A stretch of 64,000 nt of DNA from an uncultured Rikenellaceae bacterium (GTDB lineage: Bacteria; Bacteroidota; Bacteroidia; Bacteroidales; VadinHA17), in NCBI GenBank assembly GCA_964638545.1, contig CAZXAM010000009.1:2935-66934 (forward strand), in the 5' to 3' direction. How positions within the stretch are numbered: the stretch's first letter is position 1; every line of letters starts with the position of its first letter. This document shows positions 58,194 to 64,000 of this stretch, one piece after another. A program made the translations under genes and the position numbers. The notes below the pieces were generated by a model that was not told where the DNA came from, did no database searches, and saw only the letters and a program-made list of their open reading frames with translations.

Positions 58194-58733
58194 CTATTCT
58201 TTCGTTAGAGAAATGATCATATCGATGATCTTCTTGTTTTCGGATTCAGGTATTTTACCCACATATACTCCTCTGACAATCCTGTTCTTATCAACGATCA
58301 CGACTGTATAACTATCCTTTGGCATACCCCAGTCTCTCTGAAGCAATCCGTCATAATCAAAAAGGATGGTTGTTTCAAATTTCTTCGCTTTCTTGCCGGC
58401 AATCGACCTGATAAGTCCATTCGGCTTCCATGTTGACTTGCAATCAACGATTCCGAATCCTTTAAAAAAGTTTTTATCGAGTGTTTTGTCTACATCTGTT
58501 GCATTTTTTACAGCATCGTTGAAAGGTTCATTTAGTTCCGATTCATCAGGATCTACATAATTTATCTGAAGGACCTTGCCCGGCCAGGAACTCATTGTGA
58601 ATTCTTTCTTGTCGGCATCGGTAAATACCCATTCAGGAGCTTTCTTGCCTATTTCAAGCTTGGTACCAGTCTGTGCACAGATGTAACTAACTGCCAGAAC
58701 TGTAAATAGAATAGTAAGGATTGTCTTTTTCAT
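58194..58733 (-). CDS. secreted YtfJ-like / thioredoxin-fold protein lacking CxxC
   Basis: Signal peptide. Collinear with E. coli YtfJ as I remember it (GKV..., VVIVDKN..V); no CxxC motif. Confidence 0.5.
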   Translation of the reverse strand: MKKTILTILFTVLAVSYICAQTGTKLEIGKKAPEWVFTDADKKEFTMSSWPGKVLQINYVDPDESELNEPFNDAVKNATDVDKTLDKNFFKGFGIVDCKSTWKPNGLIRSIAGKKAKKFETTILFDYDGLLQRDWGMPKDSYTVVIVDKNRIVRGVYVGKIPESENKKIIDMIISLTKE

Positions 58734-58824
58734 GTTTAACGTATTAAGTTAAAAACGAAATATATGAAATTTTATTTATAAACCGATTTTCTTCAGTTTT
58801 TTACATTAATCCCGACAACTATAT

Positions 58825-58832
58825 TACTTTTG
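58825..58832 (+). promoter_or_regulatory. candidate -7 box TACTTTTG for typA
   Basis: TAnnTTTG match 17 nt upstream of the ATG at 58849. Confidence 0.5.
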
Positions 58833-58848
58833 CACTCGCAATTTTTAT

Positions 58849-60630
58849 ATGCAGCAGATTAGGAACATAGCTATCATTGCCCATGTAGACCATGGCAAAA
58901 CGACACTTGTTGACAGGATCATCCAGGAATGCAAGGTACTTGATCAGCGGAAGGAGACAGGAGACCTGATCCTCGATAGCAACGACCTGGAGAGGGAAAG
59001 AGGGATTACAATCACCTCTAAAAATGTCTCAGTCAATTATAAGGAAGTCAAGATCAACATCATCGATACTCCCGGCCATGCTGATTTCGGAGGGGAAGTG
59101 GAACGCGTTCTCAAGATGGCTGATGGAGTTCTGCTGCTTGTTGATGCCTTTGAGGGTCCGATGCCGCAAACACGATTCGTCCTGGGAAAGGCAATAAACC
59201 TTGGTCTTATACCTATTGTGGTTGTCAACAAGGTCGATAAGGATAATTGCCGGCCTGATGAAGTTCAGCAGGATATTTTCGAGCTCATGTTCAACCTTGA
59301 TGCATCTGAAGAGCAGCTTAACTTTGAAACGGTTTTCGGCTCTTCAAAACATGGATGGATGAGCAAAGACTGGCGTAAACCGGCATCCGATATCACTTTT
59401 CTGCTTGATACCATCCTCAGGCAGATCCCTGAACCCCGCTATATAGAGGGTACGGCTCAGATGCAGGTTGCTTCTCTCGACTATTCGAGCTATGTTGGCC
59501 GTATAGCTATTGGCCGTGTGTTCAGGGGAGATCTGCGTGTCGGCGAGGATTATACTCTCTGCAAAAACCATGGCGAAGTAAAAAAAGTGAGAATCAAAGA
59601 GTTATACGTGTTCGAAGGTCTCGGAAAGGCCAAGACTGAAACTGTCCGCTGCGGAGACCTATGTGCTGTGATCGGTCTTGAGGATTTTGAGATTGGCGAC
59701 ACACTGGCTGACCTGATTAATCCTGAAGCCCTTCAGAGAATAGAAGTCGACGAACCTACGATGAGCATGGTCTTTACGATCAATAATTCACCTCTTTTTG
59801 GAAAAGAGGGAAAATTCGTCACTTCACGGCACCTGCGCACCAGGCTGATGAGAGAGACTGAAAAGAACCTGGCATTGAAGGTTGAAGAGACCAATTCTGA
59901 AGACACATTCAATGTTTTTGGCCGCGGTATCCTGCACCTTTCAATTCTAATTGAAACAATGCGGCGCGAAGGGTATGAGTTCCAGGTAGGCAAGCCTAAG
60001 GTGATAATGAAGAATATAAACGGAGTCAGGTCAGAGCCTTATGAGACTCTGACCGTTGATGTTCCTTCAGATTTTTCCGGAAAGGCGATAGAACTCGTAA
60101 CTCAAAGAAAGGGTGAAATGATCGTCATCGAGCCAAAAGGCGACCTTCTGCATCTGGAATTTGATATACCCTCAAGAGGCTTGATAGGATTGAGGAACAA
60201 CATGCTCACAGCTACCTCAGGTGAAGCTGTAATGCACCACCGCTTCAGGGCTTACGACAAATACAAGGGCGACGACCTCATCCCGAAGCCAAACGGTTCG
60301 ATCATCTCCCTCGATCTGGGGACAGCAACAGGATATGCAATCGACAGACTGCAGGACAGAGGCAGGTTTTTTATTGATCCGGGTGAAACAGTCTATAAAG
60401 GTCAGGTAATTGGTGAATACACGCGCAGCAACGACATCGAAGTTAATGTTGTTAAAGGCAAAAAACTCACCAACATGAGGGCCTCGGGCTCAGATGAAAG
60501 TCTGAAAATAGAGCCTAAGATCAGGTTCTCACTTGAAGAGTATATGGAACAGATCAAGGATGATGAATACCTTGAAGTTACTCCTATTAACCTGAGAATA
60601 AGGAAGATACCTGTTCAGCGTCCTTTCTGA
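58849..60630 (+). CDS. typA: translational GTPase TypA/BipA
   Basis: [33 protein letters not shown] and NKVD motifs, with EF-G-like domains. Confidence 0.95.
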   Translation: MQQIRNIAIIAHVDHGKTTLVDRIIQECKVLDQRKETGDLILDSNDLERERGITITSKNVSVNYKEVKINIIDTPGHADFGGEVERVLKMADGVLLLVDAFEGPMPQTRFVLGKAINLGLIPIVVVNKVDKDNCRPDEVQQDIFELMFNLDASEEQLNFETVFGSSKHGWMSKDWRKPASDITFLLDTILRQIPEPRYIEGTAQMQVASLDYSSYVGRIAIGRVFRGDLRVGEDYTLCKNHGEVKKVRIKELYVFEGLGKAKTETVRCGDLCAVIGLEDFEIGDTLADLINPEALQRIEVDEPTMSMVFTINNSPLFGKEGKFVTSRHLRTRLMRETEKNLALKVEETNSEDTFNVFGRGILHLSILIETMRREGYEFQVGKPKVIMKNINGVRSEPYETLTVDVPSDFSGKAIELVTQRKGEMIVIEPKGDLLHLEFDIPSRGLIGLRNNMLTATSGEAVMHHRFRAYDKYKGDDLIPKPNGSIISLDLGTATGYAIDRLQDRGRFFIDPGETVYKGQVIGEYTRSNDIEVNVVKGKKLTNMRASGSDESLKIEPKIRFSLEEYMEQIKDDEYLEVTPINLRIRKIPVQRPF

Positions 60631-60667
60631 TTATATGCATGTCATTAATTATGGCAATGAAATGCAT

Positions 60668-61333
60668 TCAATAGTCATTCAGGAAGTCGTTCAATGGCTT
60701 CATTGCTCTGCAGCCTTTGATAATTAATTCAAAAACACCCTCGCTAGTGATCTCCCTGTCGGAAAAAATACGTGAAACGAGATAGCTTTTCATCTTGAGC
60801 AATTCAATATCGCGATGGTCCCTTGAAAATCCCTTGGGGGCAGATTTCAGCTTTTCACCTTCAATTTCCCCGAAATAATCTTTTAAGTCTTTATTCTCCA
60901 GTATTTTATGAAACTTCTCACCCTTCGCGTCGATATTTTCTCTTATAGCTGTCAGCCAGGGCATCGGCGGCACATACGCACCTCCTGCAACCATACTGTT
61001 GTTACCGGGCTCGACATGAATGTAATATCCGGCAAACTTGTCTCCATTTTTCTTTCCCCCTTTCACAATGAAGGCCCCCATATAGGTTTTGTAAATGGTT
61101 TTATCGCTGGAGAATCTTATATCGCGGTTAATCCTGTACATGCAGGTTCTGGCTTCAAGCCCTTTTAAGATGGGATCAAACTTCGAGACCTCGTTTATGA
61201 CTGCCTGAACAAAAGCTTCATATTCGGCTTTTGCCTCATTATACCGGTCGCGGTTAACTGTGAACCATTCCCTGTTATTGTTTCTGTTAAGATCTGACAG
61301 GAACTTCAGTGTGGATTTACTTATAACTGGCAT
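60668..61333 (-). CDS. DUF2461 (TIGR02453) family protein
   Basis: FLSDLNRNNNREWF... and RINRDIRFS.DK..YK motifs. Confidence 0.7.
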   Translation of the reverse strand: MPVISKSTLKFLSDLNRNNNREWFTVNRDRYNEAKAEYEAFVQAVINEVSKFDPILKGLEARTCMYRINRDIRFSSDKTIYKTYMGAFIVKGGKKNGDKFAGYYIHVEPGNNSMVAGGAYVPPMPWLTAIRENIDAKGEKFHKILENKDLKDYFGEIEGEKLKSAPKGFSRDHRDIELLKMKSYLVSRIFSDREITSEGVFELIIKGCRAMKPLNDFLNDY

Positions 61334-61334
61334 A

Positions 61335-62585
61335 TCATTTATTTCTTATATCGTAGGCTATCAGAACCTTGCCGTGCCTCTGGTACAGCACCCCCTTGTT
61401 TATGACAGGATGTGAAAAATGCTGGAGTGTTCCTTTTTTTACACGGAAGGAACTCACAAGGCTCATCTTCCCATTGTTATGGCTGATGAGCATCAACTCT
61501 CCCTTCTGGGTATAATAATAGATCATATTTTCAGCTGAAATTATTGCTCCTGTGGCTGTTTTGAGTGAATCTGTAAGCTGTCCCGTGCGTGTATCAATTG
61601 CAACAAGCTGTGGTCTTGCCACCGCTCCGCAATAGAGGTATTCTCCAAGTTTGACTACACCGCCCATGTATGAATCAAAATCTTTATTTCTCCAGACTTC
61701 TGTAATTTTAGATCCGTCGGATGACAGATTTAACTTAACACAGCAGTTGCCGTCTCCTTCCGTATACCAGATACTTCCATTATCATAGATCACTGAATTG
61801 GCATGAGTATCACCGTAACCCGGACCTCTTTTTTCCAAAGGATAATTGTCCTGTTCATGAGACCAGAGCAATTGACCGGTCTTAGCGTCTAAGCCCATCA
61901 GATGGTACATTGAAAAGGTGACAAATATTTTCCTTGATGAAAGGGTTATGAGTTTGCCTGGATTGTATGCAGAGACTTCTCCAAAACCTTTGTTTGACCA
62001 GAGAAGCTTTCCATTGAACCTGTTCAGAGCTACCACATTATGGACCTTTCCACCCGGTGTCCAGAAAACTGTATTGCCATCGACCAGGGCAGCTTCGGAA
62101 TACCCGTGCAGAGGTGGAGTTCCTCCGAAGTCATCTTCAAGGTCCTTTGACCATACCACCTTCCCGTCCTTTCTGTCAACACAGTAAAGGTTTCCCATCC
62201 CTGTGCCCACATATATCATGTTGTCAATTATTGTTGGTGTGCATCTTGATCCTGGGTATCCACCTGCCATCCATTCTTTTCCAAGTGTTGTCTGCCACAA
62301 TTTTTCACCCTTCAGATTAAAGCTGAAAAGTACACACATAGAATCGATCTCACCGCTTATGAAGAAACCATTATCGGTAAACACTGGAGAGACAAAACCG
62401 TTGCCGATGTTCTCAACAGCCATGATCTCCCTGGGCCCTTCAGTCGGCCATGCTTTTAACAGGTTGGATTCCTGATAAATACCTAACCGGTCTTTACCCC
62501 GGAATTCAAACACGGCATTTCTGTCAGCAGCACCTGATGATGTGAAAATCAAATTCAGCAAAAACAGTATTGTCAGAGTATTCAT
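61335..62585 (-). CDS. PQQ-like (BamB-type) beta-propeller repeat protein, secreted
   Basis: Signal peptide. Repeated ...G.L.W... blades (GEKLWQT, GKVVWSK, GKLLWSN, GQLLWSH). Confidence 0.7.
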   Translation of the reverse strand: MNTLTILFLLNLIFTSSGAADRNAVFEFRGKDRLGIYQESNLLKAWPTEGPREIMAVENIGNGFVSPVFTDNGFFISGEIDSMCVLFSFNLKGEKLWQTTLGKEWMAGGYPGSRCTPTIIDNMIYVGTGMGNLYCVDRKDGKVVWSKDLEDDFGGTPPLHGYSEAALVDGNTVFWTPGGKVHNVVALNRFNGKLLWSNKGFGEVSAYNPGKLITLSSRKIFVTFSMYHLMGLDAKTGQLLWSHEQDNYPLEKRGPGYGDTHANSVIYDNGSIWYTEGDGNCCVKLNLSSDGSKITEVWRNKDFDSYMGGVVKLGEYLYCGAVARPQLVAIDTRTGQLTDSLKTATGAIISAENMIYYYTQKGELMLISHNNGKMSLVSSFRVKKGTLQHFSHPVINKGVLYQRHGKVLIAYDIRNK

Positions 62586-62774
62586 ACTTTCAAATTAGTG
62601 ATAAATAAAAGTCATAAAGATACTTTCATCTTCATTATAAAACGAAAACAAGTTATAAGAAATTAGATTAAAAGAGTCTTTTTAACCGCTAAAGGGCCGA
62701 GCGTTAAGGAGGCTCTCTTATAAGGCTGTTCAGCATGTTAATTGAAGAACTTACACTGAGGAAACCCGAAGTCC

Positions 62775-62845
62775 CACAGAGGAACACAGAGTAGTCAAGT
62801 TTTGTAACTCTGTGTAACTCTGTGACTTCTCTGTGAAACTCTGTG
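62775..62845. repeat. second CACAGAG (x2) / CTCTGTG (x4) phased inverted-block element
   Basis: CACAGAG at 62775 and 62785. CTCTGTG at 62808, 62818, 62829 and 62839. Confidence 0.95.
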
Positions 62846-62961
62846 TAATTAAAAATTGTTCTGAATAAAAAAATCAAAAAAAATGGTAAGATTGTTGACT
62901 TTTGAGACAGTCTCTGGCGAAGGAGCCAGCACACGCTGTATTCAGTAATTGCATAATTAAG

Positions 62962-62969
62962 TACCTTTG
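62962..62969 (+). promoter_or_regulatory. candidate -7 box TACCTTTG for the CotH-like gene
   Basis: TAnnTTTG match 18 nt upstream of the ATG at 62987. Confidence 0.5.
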
Positions 62970-62986
62970 AGACTTGTTTTTGACTG

Positions 62987-64000
62987 ATGAAATACCTGAA
63001 TCTTATTTTCCTTATTCTCCTGACTTCATTTGCTGTTCAGTCACAGCCGTCGTTCAGTCATAAACACGGATTTTATGAAGTCCCCTTCACCCTGACAATC
63101 ACTCCATCATCTTCCGGATCAGCTGTATACTTTACCACTGACGGGAGCATTCCTGGTCCTTCCAACGGTTCTCTGTACACCACACCTTTAATCATTGACA
63201 CACTCACAGTGATAAGGGCGTGTGAGGTAAATAATGGCCAGCCCGGGAAGACAGCGACATGCACCTACCTTTTCATCGACGATATAATTAATCAGCTTGA
63301 TGATCCGGAAGGCTACCCTGCATTATGGGGTAAATATACAGGCATTTCAGGCACTGCAGTTGCAGACTATGAAATGGATCCCGAACTAATGGAAATACCA
63401 GGTTTTGCTGATTCGGTCAAGGCAGGATTGCTTGATCTTCCGGTCATATCGCTTGTAACTGATAAGGATAATCTCTTCTCCGATGTACCCGATCCGGTCA
63501 CCGGAGGGATATACATCTTTACTGGAGCGCCGCTTACCAATACCACCAATGGTACCGGATACGGGTGGGAGAGGCCTGTTTCATTCGAATACTTTGATGC
63601 CAGGAATTCAGTTGATTTACAGGTAGATTGCGCTCTGGAGATCCAGGGCAATCACGGCCGCAGGGCCGAGAAATCGCCGAAACACTCTTTCCGGCTCACA
63701 TTTAAGCCGCCTTACGGCCCTTCAAAACTAAATTATCCGCTTTTTGGTGCGGATGCCGACTCAGTTCACAATACTGTAATTCTCAGGGCTGGATTCGGAA
63801 ATACCTGGGTGCACTGGAGCCAGAGCGAGAGAGGAATGGCTCAGTATCTCCGCGACAGGTGGACTAAGGACGCGCATCTTGCTATGGGCCATTATGCCAG
63901 CCATGGTTTTTATGTTCATCTTTTCTTAAACGGATTATACTGGGGATTATACAATCCTTCTGAAAGGCTCGACAGTGAATTTGCTTCAATGTATCTGGGG
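62987..64000 (+). CDS. CotH-family protein with N-terminal chitobiase/Hex C-terminal-like domain (partial, runs off right edge)
   Basis: My translation MKYLNLIFLILLTSFAVQSQ...FYEVPFTLTITPSSSGSAVYFTTDGSIPG...EIQGNHGRRAEKSPKHSFRLTFK...YVHLFLNGLYWGLYNPSER is open to position 64000. It is not in the ORF track because there is no stop. Confidence 0.7.
   Translation, partial: MKYLNLIFLILLTSFAVQSQPSFSHKHGFYEVPFTLTITPSSSGSAVYFTTDGSIPGPSNGSLYTTPLIIDTLTVIRACEVNNGQPGKTATCTYLFIDDIINQLDDPEGYPALWGKYTGISGTAVADYEMDPELMEIPGFADSVKAGLLDLPVISLVTDKDNLFSDVPDPVTGGIYIFTGAPLTNTTNGTGYGWERPVSFEYFDARNSVDLQVDCALEIQGNHGRRAEKSPKHSFRLTFKPPYGPSKLNYPLFGADADSVHNTVILRAGFGNTWVHWSQSERGMAQYLRDRWTKDAHLAMGHYASHGFYVHLFLNGLYWGLYNPSERLDSEFASMYLG

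Overview
This is a densely coding chromosomal segment of about 55 CDS. I assign it to Bacteroidota, probably a fermentative anaerobe of the Bacteroidales type. That call rests on recurring TAnnTTTG -7 promoter boxes just upstream of genes, a type-A RNase P RNA, a PstS-like/TPR/ExbB/ExbD/ExbD/TonB operon, DUF3857/transglutaminase proteins, an IPT-TIG/Kelch lipoprotein and class 1B PyrK/PyrD.

Content is mostly housekeeping and central metabolism:
- Galactose locus: MFS transporter, galK, galM, a Na+/sugar symporter and a small membrane ORF.
- A same-strand run pta-ackA-ptb-ptb-buk.
- comA-like/aroE, truA, threonine aldolase, queA, kdsA, rarA, pyrK/pyrD, an RSH (p)ppGpp enzyme, PrsW and typA.

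RNA genes are rnpB (20113-20449) and one tRNA-Lys(UUU) (47962-48034). I saw no rRNA, CRISPR array, transposase, integrase or prophage genes.

The unusual material is mostly non-coding:
1. The tRNA-Lys is preceded, in one apparent transcription unit, by two ~89-nt-spaced tRNA-Lys-derived modules. They carry a perfect palindrome in the D-loop, a remodelled anticodon hairpin and no 3' half.
2. Three related 7-bp tandem arrays and one 8-bp array abut stop codons or promoters.
3. Two loci carry CACAGAG/CTCTGTG heptamers phased every 10 bp in inverted blocks.
4. Two families of GC hairpin repeats occur: one with conserved arms and a variable hairpin core, one built on G5/C5 runs.
5. An imuA-less mutagenesis cassette (catalytically intact Y-family polymerase plus DnaE2) lies divergent from an XRE-HTH/S24 LexA analogue. 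A candidate shared operator and a G-quadruplex/hairpin element lie between them.
6. A three-gene surface operon encodes an IPT-Kelch lipoprotein plus an enzyme/pseudoenzyme pair of DUF3857-transglutaminase proteins.

All functional calls come from reading the translated ORFs and the sequence by eye. No searches were run.
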